A program made the position numbers and the translations under genes. From NCBI GenBank assembly GCA_002633005.1, contig NMRA01000264.1, positions 380,859 to 444,858 on the forward strand: a DNA stretch of 64,000 nt. The letters are read 5' to 3'. Positions 14,342-27,000 of this stretch are shown here, one piece after another. The stretch is from Phoronis australis. Its lineage: Eukaryota > Animalia > Phoronida. Position 1 is the first letter of the stretch. Every line of letters begins with the position of its first letter. The notes beneath the pieces are model-generated. The model saw nothing but the letters and a program-made list of their open reading frames with translations, was not told where the DNA came from and did not search any database.

Positions 14342-14889
14342 TTCTTGTCGGTAATTTGTTTGTTATCAGAATCATCCCTTCCCTAGGCTTACTCAAGACA
14401 CATGCACTAATTCTTCACATATTTAGCACAAAATATGGCTGACGAGTGAAATTCTGTTTTCAATTGTTAAATTTCTCCACAAAAGAAAAGATTAAGAACA
14501 CTACAGGCATGAATTATACTGTGTAAGATTTCATAAAACAACATTTTCTGAAATACCCATTATTTGAAAAAAGGTAATCAGCCTTTTGCAAAATGGAAAA
14601 CAGCAATTTTGGCAATTAGTGATATTTGTGAAAAATAAGTGGAGAACTGCAGTAAACTGATTGACAATTTGAATTTTAGGATCACGAGGAAGGAAGAGAT
14701 ACCCTTTAATCTTTTACTCTTTTCAGGACAAGAAAAATTTATCGCTTCTAGGATATTTCTCTCTACTACTTCATTTTGTCAAATATATCACAGATGATTT
14801 CTGCTGAAAAATACAACAGTAGCCAACAGCACATTTCTATGTACCCAGAGAATTAGAAAAACTCTATCTGGGGACGGTACGCAATTCAA

Positions 14890-15098
14890 CTAGAGAGGGT
14901 CGAGTGGACTCTGCTTCTTCTTTTTCTTGCCCTTGGCTGATGGTAGGGACTGGAGTCGAGTGGGCTTCCTCATGGGATACTCTTCTGCCCCTATCTGTCC
15001 GTGGACAGAGGCTGCACGGAGACCGTTGGCTTCCGAGTGCCACGGCATATTGCTATTTTGTGTCAGGCCAGCCTTCATCCCATTCATCATCTGATTGG
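14890..15098 (-). CDS. KIF17: KIF17 terminal coding exon
   Basis: ttgcag|CC AAT CAG...[26 protein letters not shown]. Confidence 0.85.
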
Positions 15099-18000
15099 CT
15101 GCAATGACATGTCAATCAACTTAAAAGATGTATTTGCATGCTCCTAACTATGCTAATGTATAGCGAGAAATAAGCAACAATGCTATTTGAATATAATCTA
15201 TGCTAAACAAAGTGCAGTAATTGCATTCATTGGCAACTTGTAAATGTGAAAACAGCAAATTCTGCAAATTGGTGACCTTTGCACTAATGAGGCACCTTGA
15301 GGGCTCATAGAGCCGGCATCATGCAGTGTTATTCCTCAACACCACGTCACAACACTTACTGGACAACATTGAATGATTTATGGCGGATCATTTTCCACAC
15401 AAAACTTGTTTTTAAAAACATTCGACAGTTTTCAACCTACTTAATATTCACATCACAATAAGTTGCGTTTCTAACCAATTTGACCGAGAAATCACAGAGA
15501 TAAGGAATTAGCATGCAAGTTCCACTTTAAAGCATCCGATCTTTACTATTTCAGAAATAGAATTTACAGCATGGAAGACTGGATACTGGAAATTAAAAAA
15601 AAAATCTAATATTTTTTTTGAGCAGGTCATATCTATTCACTCTAAATCCATCTCGAAATCATTTTTAGCATGTTTTGTTCTACTTCTGTGCAAACTCAAG
15701 GTAAGTGAGTACTAGTCTGGTCTTGAGTACATTATGGTTTATGCACACGAGATTCTAGTCCAAGTTTGTACCTGTTGACCCCTGTACATTATGATTTATG
15801 CATACAAGATTCAAGTCCAAGTGTGTACTTGTTGAGCCCTATATTCAGGCTACTAACTTGATAAAGAATCTAGTTTTTAAGTAAAAACTTAAAATTTCGA
15901 TTTCAGACCTGGAACTTTTAGCCGTAATCCTGGGGTCATCCAGTGCAAACTAGGATTGGAAAGTCGTCGATATAAGCCATTATAACACTTATCTTGGGTT
16001 TACAAAAAATAGAATACAAAACGCCAAAAATAATATTGAGTTCGATCTCGAGTAAAAATATTAGACTCAGGGCCCAGATGAATAATGTGTTAACTTAACT
16101 TCACTCATAAAGAGTGTGTAAGTACAAAATGTACTCAAAGTTTTACAAATGCCAGAATGTTGTAAACACAATGAACATTTCTTGAGTGAAAGTCTGTATA
16201 GCACAATAAACCTGTCATGAGGATCAACAGTTTCGGTAATAGTGCAACACCTTTTCTATGTCTTAGAAAACACAAGAATTTCGTCATTAAATCTCATGTG
16301 ATCACGTGCTTCACTTGTGATATCTCGCAGTGTTGCGTGATATTCTATGTTTTTGTGAGGTTATTGCATTAGTGTCATGCAGCTCAAGGGTGCGGTCAAG
16401 AAACAGTAGTTACTTACAACAAAAAGTTAGTAAGATCATGTGCTTCGGTAGTCATGAGTGGTAATACAATGTGAAAATTTGTGCTGTGTAACGCACAGGG
16501 AAAAATAATGGGTTCTCCTCACAACTTGAACTCCAGAGAGTGAACTGCATGCCTAGACTAGAGCCATTCAGTTAAAAGCCCACAGGGTGATAAATGAGTT
16601 TCTGAATTACGTTAATCTTTCCTGGCACTCACAGGAAGTGAGGTCACCAATGATCTCGCGCAATCTTTACTCTTACATGATCTCGCCCGACTCACAAGAT
16701 ACCAGTTTTACTAAGCACACACCAGGAAGTGTGTTTGATAGTATTATTGAACACTATATGAAGAAAATTATTGAAACCCGAGCTATCCAGAATACCCCGC
16801 CACCACTGTGAAAAAAGACGGACATTATTGAGGATAATTAAATTGTAAAGGGGTATTTTTACGATATAAAATGCTTAAAAACAGCAAGTGCAACATTCTA
16901 ACATAGAGGATGCTTTCATCCACGCAGTTTCAAGAAAAAGCAGACGAAGCCATGCTACAATGAAAATTAACAAGCTGTTGCGGTACAGTATTTCACCACC
17001 AACTTGCCTAATGGTTTCTGAAAACGAGTCTAAAAAGCAATGTAATATGCACACTAGGAGGCACTGTTTAGCAAATAATTGACAAGAGAAGCTCCACCTC
17101 TCTGCCAAATATGGTTGCGCTGCAAGAAAAACAAGCCAAGGATAGATTTTTAGAGTAAAGCTGGAAAGACCCCACCCATCACAATTGACAATTAGCTACA
17201 AGCCATTTCAGAGATTGATGCAGTTAGCGTTGGCATAGAGATTGGAAGCTATTGAACATTGACAGATAAAGACAAAGCTCTATATAGGGTTTAGTTCTGT
17301 TACATAACTTCACACTTCAGACAAACCTGGAACTACTGGAGCCAGTAAAGGATCTGAAATGATGACAGGTGTACCTAGAACTTACACACCAAGGCTAGCT
17401 CGCATAAAAGTGGATGTCAACAGTGTAATTACACTACTGCACATCACATAGCCACTGAGAAAAAGGCTTTTGACAATCAAATTTATCCACTGCACAAGGT
17501 GTATGCAATCCAGCCTCAACTTTCAATAAAGGCAGACAACCGTCTGACAATTGTTTTGTCAATGACTTGCAAGCAAGTAGTGTGTGACGTCAGACTAGTT
17601 TACAAAATACACTTCTGCAAGATTTCAACAAAAGAGACCACGCGATCTAATTCATAATAAACAATATCAACAAAAAACTGACAGGTGATCGCACATAACA
17701 AATACTTCTTAGCACATGACTGAAATATTTCTAGATCAGTTCATGATACCATCTAAATTTACTTGGTACACAAAATAAAATTAAAACAATGTCCTCAAAA
17801 CTCAACTGGCAGATGAAAACATAAGAGTGAATAATTAGCAATATCAGTTTTTTCTTGGACATAATTAAAGTCAACTAAACCAGCTCTACAGAGCATACAG
17901 CAATGTGACCGATGTGAACACCTACCCATATTGCGTGACTCCTGAGTTTGGTTCAACAGCTGATTGGCCCGTTTTGGCTTGAAGTAGTTATTCGCAACAT

Positions 18001-21000
18001 CCTGCTCGGCACTATGTAGCAATTTCTACAACAATACTTGTCCAGTTTCAAAAAGGAATTATTACACTGTTAATTTAGGTCCTCTGAAGCTTGTTATCAG
18101 GAATAAAACCAACGGTATCATAATTATTATCAGAATTTTTATTATATGAATTTCCTCACTTCAAAAATCAAATGTGCTGAAATTCATTTATTTTAACTGG
18201 TCACACAGAAAAACCCAGGCAGGGTAAGAAATACCACACACCACACATACTGGGTGTTTACACTTGTGTAATGACCAATTAGTCTTGTTTGGGGCACTGA
18301 CAATAGGTTTGTATACAACTTATTGCAAATCATAATCATTGAAATACTGCTATTAAGTACACCCTACCATGCTTTATGAATAAGAAGTGGCTGAACAAAC
18401 CGAATGACAAAAGTCAGGAGATATTGTTCATTAATAAAATTTAACTCAAAACTACTTGACGAGGGTGACGCTGGATCACTGCTAATACGGAATACTCATT
18501 GGGTAATATCAGGATAGCCTTTAAGCTTAACGGGAATTCACATTCACTAAGTAAATTCAAAAGATTATATGCTATGTAAAAAAATTCTGAAAAAAATTGC
18601 ATTAACAATATAAATACTCGTTAAGTATAACTCCAATGCCCAGTTATACCTGTCTAAATCTATCCTCTTCAGGTGGAGTGTCATATACAGAACGCATGTC
18701 TCCATTCATGCGTGGCTTGTTGCGCATGTCAGTTCGACCACCTGGCATCATGCCTACAAAAAGCAAATACACTCATTGATATTCAATCCACTTGGGTTTG
18801 TAATTGGGAGGCTCAGAATCTGGGGTGGGGTTGTGTTAATCTTTTGTGGGCTTGTATTGCAATACCTGCATGGGCTTATATTGGACTTTTGTGTATTAGT
18901 CCATGGACTTGTATTGCACACTTGCTAATCAACACTTACTGTTTCTATAGGCAGCTTTCCCCAAGCCAACCTAGTGGCATGCAAGAGAAAATGTTGATTC
19001 AATATAGACTGAGACGCAAGACGGGGGTGAGGTTATACCCAAGCAGGAGGGCGTGTATGCTGGAATAACCCCAAAGTGGAGATTGGAAGGATACAATCAC
19101 TGGAAAACTGCAACATTTGTGGTTGCTTTAATTTGTACATGCACGTCATTAAAACATTCTACTTAGAATAAAACCGAGACGTACCTTGTACTTTCAATCA
19201 TTTACAGATTAAATAAATGTGCTGTGATATGTACAAAAGGGACCAAGGCATGGTTACTTCAATAGCCGGATGCAATGTAAAAATATTTCGGATGCGCGTT
19301 ATAAACACTTCAGGATCAAAGACAAAATATCAAGCGCAAAATATCAAGCATACAATACAAAGCACACAATATCAAGCACTCAATATCAGTCATACATAAA
19401 CAAAATGTATCGAGAGTGGCGTAGATGAAGTAATATGATCCCACTCGACATTATTCCGTGTATTGACCTCGACCTTCAGTCTCGGTCGATATGCAGAATA
19501 ATGTCGAGTGAGATATTACTTCATCTACGCAAGTTGAGGTATGTTTTGTATTTATCCTGTATGCTTCGAATTCCCATAAAGTTTCTTTTATTTTTTCACC
19601 AGATTTTTCAAATTTTCAGACTGTTCACATGGCGGATAACAACCTATATGTATGTAGTTGCGCGTTAGGTTGCAAGTTTTCTCTAGTAAAAGAAACAGTT
19701 TTAAATGTAACAATTTATTACTTGAAACAACAAAGATGAGAGCAATGGCAACTGTGCATTGAACTTGTAACATCTGAAAATAGTAACATAACAAAATATT
19801 TCATATTGTAGTTACTGGGGAATCGGCACATGAGTTGCAGACGATTTAATATATTTAGCAATTGAAAACTGAGACAGAGCTGTCATATAATTAACAGTCC
19901 TGTTCCAGATGTTACGATTGGGAGCTGATTGCATGTTGAGTGTTATTTACACTGCAGCAACTGTATTACCATAAACTATTTTCAGAATGTTTGATGATCG
20001 AGTCGACATTGACCTACCATGTCAGAAGTCACTGTTGAAGTAGTGCGGGAGGTGAGTACGGAAAGCATTATTACATGGCCATATTGTGCTTGACTGATTC
20101 AATGCGTATGGGATAAAATAGTAAGCACACAATACCAAGCATGGTTGGCCAATATTACTTTTCAATTCCCCTCACCAATACTAACCATAGTGCAAAACAC
20201 CCTTACACTTATTCATCAGATTCAGCACAAAAACAAAAAAATCTACCTGTTGATGGCAGTGTCGTCTTCTCTAGCACCAAATTTGGCAGCAGCCATCTTT
20301 GGTTTTCATCGTCCCATTTGCACTCAGAGCGCACTTTGTCCAGGTTGCTATAGTTACAGTCTCTACGGATACACGGGTGTATCTTATCAATGATAGCTTG
20401 CTGTAACTTCAGCTGTTGATCCTGTTTCCTGATAGTGTCTAAGTAATCAATACGATCAAACTCAAACTCTGACTGAAGATCTACAATCTCCCTCTCAAGG
20501 CCAGCAGTCTAGGAAAATAGAAACAATACAAACATTAATATAATTCAACATAAATTTGCAAACGTACAATACAGATCAAAAATGACAAAATTGCATTTTT
20601 TCAAAGGGTTATTGCATTCACTACTAAATGCTCAAAAGTACAATAATTACGTGATTTTTGTTAATTACCAAGTGTTATTGCACCAAGGGTGCAGGATGAT
20701 GAATTTCAAATTGTCTTGAATATAATTCTATGAAATATAATTTCACAAATTTTAAATAAAATTCCACCTGCCTGTCATACTGTAAGTTTAATTGAGGACT
20801 GTTTACCATAAGTGAAAAAGATACATGGTTAATGCAGCATGAAACACGTAACAACAACAAATAAAATAAATTCAATGTGATACAACAACTACCATTTAGC
20901 TTATACCAGTAGTTGTTACTACAATCTTATTCCAAAAGGCACTTACTGGTAATTATAAAATGTACTTCAGTTCAATGCATTCTTGAATAATACAAAAATG

Positions 21001-24000
21001 GCATACAACATTAAGGATTACTTACCTTCAGTTTCTCATTCTCAAACTTTTTCTTCATAGCCTTCAGTTCATCTTGCACATTTTCATAAATGCCGATCAT
21101 TATTCCATCATCGTCCATATTTTGAACAGCCTCTGCAAGCAGCCACAATATAATAAGGATTAAGTTCCCATTTCTTTCTTTTTCAAACTTAAAAAGATAT
21201 CAAGAAACATATAGCAATTCTTCACTTGTTTATATGTCCGAGAAGTGAAATTCTACTTTGTCACATTTCTCAACAAAAACTTGAAAAATCTCTTGACATA
21301 AAATTTCCAGAGCTATAAGAGTCTGTGCATTTGCTCGAGTGGAGTGTGTTTGTGAAGAACAACTGAATAACCAATTGAAAAACCCGACCTCAAATAGAAT
21401 CATTCCAACTTCTAATCAAGACTTGTCACCCACCAGCCAACTTTCTCTTCTTCTCCTCTGCCCACTTCTTCCTCTTCTTCCTCCTCTCCTTCACCTCCGT
21501 ATTGTTGACGGCCTCTCCACCCACCATCTGCTCTTGTAGGGCCTGTAGTCTGTCGAAAAAGTCACAAGTTTCAGAAGGCTAAGAACATTTATAACTATGG
21601 CATTGTTACAGATCACTGAACCTTCTCTGCCCACAAATTGAAGCTGTAGAGTCCGCAATCTGCCGGGCAACTTAATAAGACTAAGAACACTTACAGTAAT
21701 GGCATGGCTAGCTACTCACATTCAACCTTATTTGCACACTATCTAACCCATACGACCAGTCATCTGGCAAGTTTTGGATGCACGTTTACCACAACGCCTA
21801 TTTCTACTTACTATTCAAGGACGATGAAGAAATATTTTGTAAAAGTAGACAATGTTTACAACACCGAAAATTAGTTTGCTACCTTTTTTTAACTCTTTTT
21901 AAAAAAATTTCATTGGTTGAAACCCACTCATAAATTCTTCTTAATAGACACAATCTATAAACCAAGTGACTAAAAAGAACATTATCCTGAAAATTTATAA
22001 TTTCTTTATGCGTAGAATGGAACAATACAATTTCTTTCAGAAAGGCAGAAAAATTAATATTTTTGGAGAATCAAACAGTTTACAGTTTTGAGAAAACAGG
22101 CAAATGATAACTGCATAATATGGCAAAACTGATATGAAAAAATAGATCAAATCATAGTAACAACTAGAATACAACATAGGTCTTCACAAGGTAAATAAAT
22201 ACCCTCACCACAAACGAGTTTCATCAAACAAAACAGTTTTGGGTATATAAGCTATCATTTTGACAAAATAATCAACGCTGGGTATTTTCTGATGCCACAA
22301 CATACTGAAAACTGATAAATACACCACAGCACACCAAAACATCCATCAGATGGCAGCACGTGTACCTGTGAAGGGCTCCCAGTTGATCGTCCACTATTGC
22401 ACTGTTATCGTAGAGACAAGCGTTCAGTTATTATAAGTTGTTATCTCATAACTTAAGACATGTTGAATGATAATAAGATTCAAATGCTGACACGATGAAT
22501 CCCTTTTCAAAAGTAAGGTAGTAATCACAAATAGTCTCTGAATGTTTTGGAAACAAAATGAGGTACTTCCATTTAAAAAGATTTGTCATTTTTAGCGCTG
22601 TTTTGAAAAAAATGTATCTTTCAAAAAGTTAAAAATTTAATTCATTAAATGCAGTCAAACAACAACAAGAATGGTAGAACCATCAGAATCATAACTTTAA
22701 AGTCTCTGATCTGCTCACTGGGAAATATAAACCTTTACCAGACAATACTGCCAATTAATAAGGTTTCCCACAACAAGAACATTGATAACTCTTTTTACCT
22801 TTTCATTGCTTCTTGCTGAGCCAGCACCTGCTGTGACTCCAATGTGGGGGACGAAGTGGGTGCAGGAATTTCCCCCTCCTCTCGCGTCGAGCTGATGTGT
22901 ACGGCTCGTTGAGCATTCTGCAACTCATCAGGGGACTAGGAAAAATAAATGTTGACTTTAAGAAGACAAAACAGATTGAAGCAATATACAGCTGAGCAAA
23001 AATTAATTAAAAGCAATTTCACTTGAGTATGCTCTAATGAAATAGCCTATTTACCACTATTTCGGCAAAAGTTGCTCAATGTCATATTACGGACTTTTTT
23101 AATAATCATTCGACTTCCACAACAAGTGACAATAGACTAGAAACATGGTTTATCAATAAAAAGATGTGGTAATGGATAATATAAATTTGAAAAAAACACT
23201 ATCATACAGATATTAAAAGACCTAAACACGAGAAATTGACTGAACAGAAGCAATGTCAAACATTAAATGTAAACCAGGATACCAAGTTGACTCACATATA
23301 CGCCTTCAGCACTGACTTCATTTGTTGACTCTGGATGCATAGATTGGGCAGACTCCACTGGAAAGTAAAAAACTAAAATATTTTAAAGAAAATCAAAAAA
23401 AACCCTCACTTTGACATTTAACAACCAAACATGAACAGGTTCTTTCACATACAATATAATTGTGCATGTATCATGTTTATATTAAAAGTAATGCTGTTTA
23501 TTTAAAGAATTTTCATGCATTGGAAAATGGACCAGAGCTTCACTTTTAGGTACAAGGGAGTTTCACATGTCTTGAGTGGGTCAATGTATTCCAGTTTCAC
23601 ATGTCTTGAGTGGGTCAATGTATTCAACTATTTTACTAAGCGGTTCAGACCAGTTTTATAACCCAGGAGGGTTGGAGTATACATTTTTTTCTCTTTTATA
23701 CTTTACAACATATTTAACTGAACAGCCAAAATGCAACAAAATTTTACTCTTGCTCGAGTTTCTTTTTTCTTTGAAAAAGAGACAGCGCGGGTCTACCACT
23801 AGTCACTTGCCACTTACATTGCAAAGGTTGTCCCTCTGCATTAACGGGTTCCTCTACAGGCCTCCCACCAGACCCAGGTTGTTCAAACACCTGATTGCTT
23901 AGTACCAGGGAACCATCTTCAGCCACTGAAAGGTTGCAAAAATTATGATAATTACATACAGAATATTGAAACCGCGCACCATTTCATAACAGTTGAAACA

Positions 24001-27000
24001 AGCTGTAAGAAAAATGATTCCTCTTTACACACAGACAGCAACAGTGTATTCCTTATCAACTAAAAAGGTCGCTGCTATAAATTATTGCTTTATCCCAACT
24101 CACTTTAAACAAGTTTTTATGTATGGTGGTGTGGAAAAAGAAATACATGGAGGGGTTCACTCTCCTAGTCTGGTAACAAAGAACATGAAAAGGTTCGCAA
24201 AAATGGTTTTGGGACTATTCCTAAGACATAATCAACATTTTGACATTAATTTGGCATAATGGAAGCATAATGGAAGCATAATGGAAGCATAATGCAAGCA
24301 TAATGCAAGCATAATGCAAGCACAATGCAAGCAGAACAAGGTTAAGTATAAAGGTCATGTCAGTTAGGTCATGTCAACTGTCCCATTTCAAACCCATTTT
24401 CTTATGTAAATGCCTACAAAATACACTACCACAATGGTAATTCATATAGGGCGAGATCACTCAAGAGTTCATAGGTTTTGAGCGTGAGAACACACACACA
24501 CATTACACACCAGGAAAAAGACACAAGGGTAAAAGTTCCTTAATTTTGATTAGTTTGATAGAAATCAGATCATTTCAGCAATTTTCAAAAATCTAAAAGT
24601 ACTTGGTCATTCATAAATATGCTCAAACTATAGATGATGCATTCATCTCAAATGAAAAATGGAAACGTAATACTTTTTCTGGCATATATTTCAATGTGAT
24701 TCATTGAACACTCCATCACTGGTTAAGAACTGTTTACTGTTAAAGATCGCTTATTGAATTGGTTAGTTAGGTGTACTTTGACATACAATGTGCAGCATGT
24801 AATCACTGCACACAGCTCTGTGAGACATAATGACAGTAGACCATAGTGAGACAACTTCACAACACAAATATACAATCCAGACAAATGTGATGTAGACCAC
24901 AATTTTATAAATAAATTTCATTTTTAAACACTTTGCATTTTCAAGTGAAAAGTGTACAGCGGCTTTTTATCAGACCACATTAGTTTGAATTAGGCTTAGA
25001 ATCGCGAAACATCTGTTTGAGTGTACACTCATGGTTGATGTTAGGGTTGATTTTCAATATTGTGTACAACACAGAACAAAGTTCGTTGAAAATCATGCTG
25101 ACATCAAGTCATATTCATGCAGTGTCATGCAAGAAAAAATACAATTTCAATACATCAACTTCAAAATATAGGACAATCTGGAAATCATAAAACCGAAACA
25201 TAAAATGTAAAATATAATGTTCCGGCACACTAATACCATTTGGTTGTAAGGAGTCCATGGCCTCCCCAGGCTGCTCACTCATGAGTTCAGACTCGACAAC
25301 AGAGACATTATTCTCAGTGGCAGAATTTTCAGAAACCGTTTCTTGTTTTGAATCACTGCTATTTTGTTTCACACAGACACTTTGTTCAGCATTGTCTGCG
25401 GGAGCTTGCTTAATGAACACTTCAGGTTCAGGTTCCGGGGATTCTGCCTCTATTTTCGAAGGTCTGGGAGAAGGTTTAGGGGGCTCCGGAGTATCCACCT
25501 GGGCCGTCTGGGTGTCGCTAGTTTGAACTACTGGAGCTAGAACAAGTACATTTATATGAAAGTAATTGGACAGAGGTGGTTGGAGAGACACTTTAGGACT
25601 GTGACCTTAAAGGTGTTTTGTCCTGACTTGAGAGATCTACAACACTGTATTACAGAAAAAAGAAACTCGAAAATGGAAACAAATTAAAACACCACAGAGA
25701 GAAATACTGTACAAGTGTAGAGACTTATTAGATCATAGCACCACAGTAAATGTGTTTGGTAAAATTAATTAATTGAAAGACAAAAGTGGGGATTTCCATG
25801 CCAGACATGTTGACAATATGAGAGTCATGACATAAACCATTACCATATTTCTCTAGTACTGAAATGAAAATAAGTTTGATGTTATAGTATGACTATATGA
25901 CTAGACATTCAAATTAAGACTTTACTCTTCAAATTTTGCATTTGACAAGAAAATAACACAGGGCCACTAAGCACACACATACACGTCAACGCACATTGTA
26001 CATACATACATACATACAGACAGACAGACTACACTTCAACTAACAGAAGCATCAATTCACCATGTTAGTTACAATTGCCTCAATGTGGACAGTGTTCATA
26101 CTGAGGAGAGCACAGTTGTTGTTCTGCATCAAAGACATGACGTATGTACTCAGCCAATGCTTTTACATAGGTGGCTAAAATTCAATAATCAGCAGGAATT
26201 TCTGAGAAAACACATTTTTTACTGCACACATTTTGCCACTTTTCTGCACTTAACATGCCCGAAATACTAATAATCCCATAGGCTGTTTAAAACAAGATTA
26301 CCCAAAATTATTCCCCTACAGAGGAGTATTTTCCTGGCCAGACCACCATCTACTGCCATCAAAGCACACAGCACAATGACCTACCAGTGGCTGATGGCGG
26401 TATGTTATTAGTCTCCAACTTTTCCAACTTCCTGTCATAGAAGTCTCGTAACTTGTTCATGTCATTTGCCAGCTTTGCCCTATCAGTCTTCTCCTGTTCA
26501 TATTTCTGCTTCATCTCCTCAAGCTGCCTATCAAAATCCTGCATACAACAAAGTTACAACCGATAGAGGCAGTGTTCAAACACGAGTAAGTTTTTGCAAC
26601 AACGACACGTGAATTGTTTATGCTAACATCAAAAAAGCAAGCTTATGACCATGGACGCCACACTTGAATCACCAGTACGTAAATTGTTTTAAGCTCTTAA
26701 AAAATAATCATAGTCTTGATATCCTGCACCAGTAAGTCCATTTACTGCTGATGAAAGTTGGCACATTTCATTTGAATGTCACAAATTTTCCATTTCTATG
26801 GGACCTTTGTATGAATGATTGTGTTTGAATTATTCATGGTGATGCAACAACATTGTGATGTTGACAAATGGCGACATCTTCAACAGTAACACAGATTTGT
26901 TAAAAATAATGACTATCGAAGTTTTGATACTTCTGTGACAGACCGAAAACTTTCTTATAATACTAACTTCAGACATTACTCGCTGGTACCAATGACATCA

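Noticed and set aside
14166-14396. ORF with repeated MTVEEHY
   Set aside because: It is the translation of a 21-bp minisatellite downstream of the KIF17 stop.
26080-26174. Possible alternative terminal KIF17 exon (ttttag|..[30 protein letters not shown])
   Set aside because: It has an in-phase acceptor but no homology or other support, so it could be chance.
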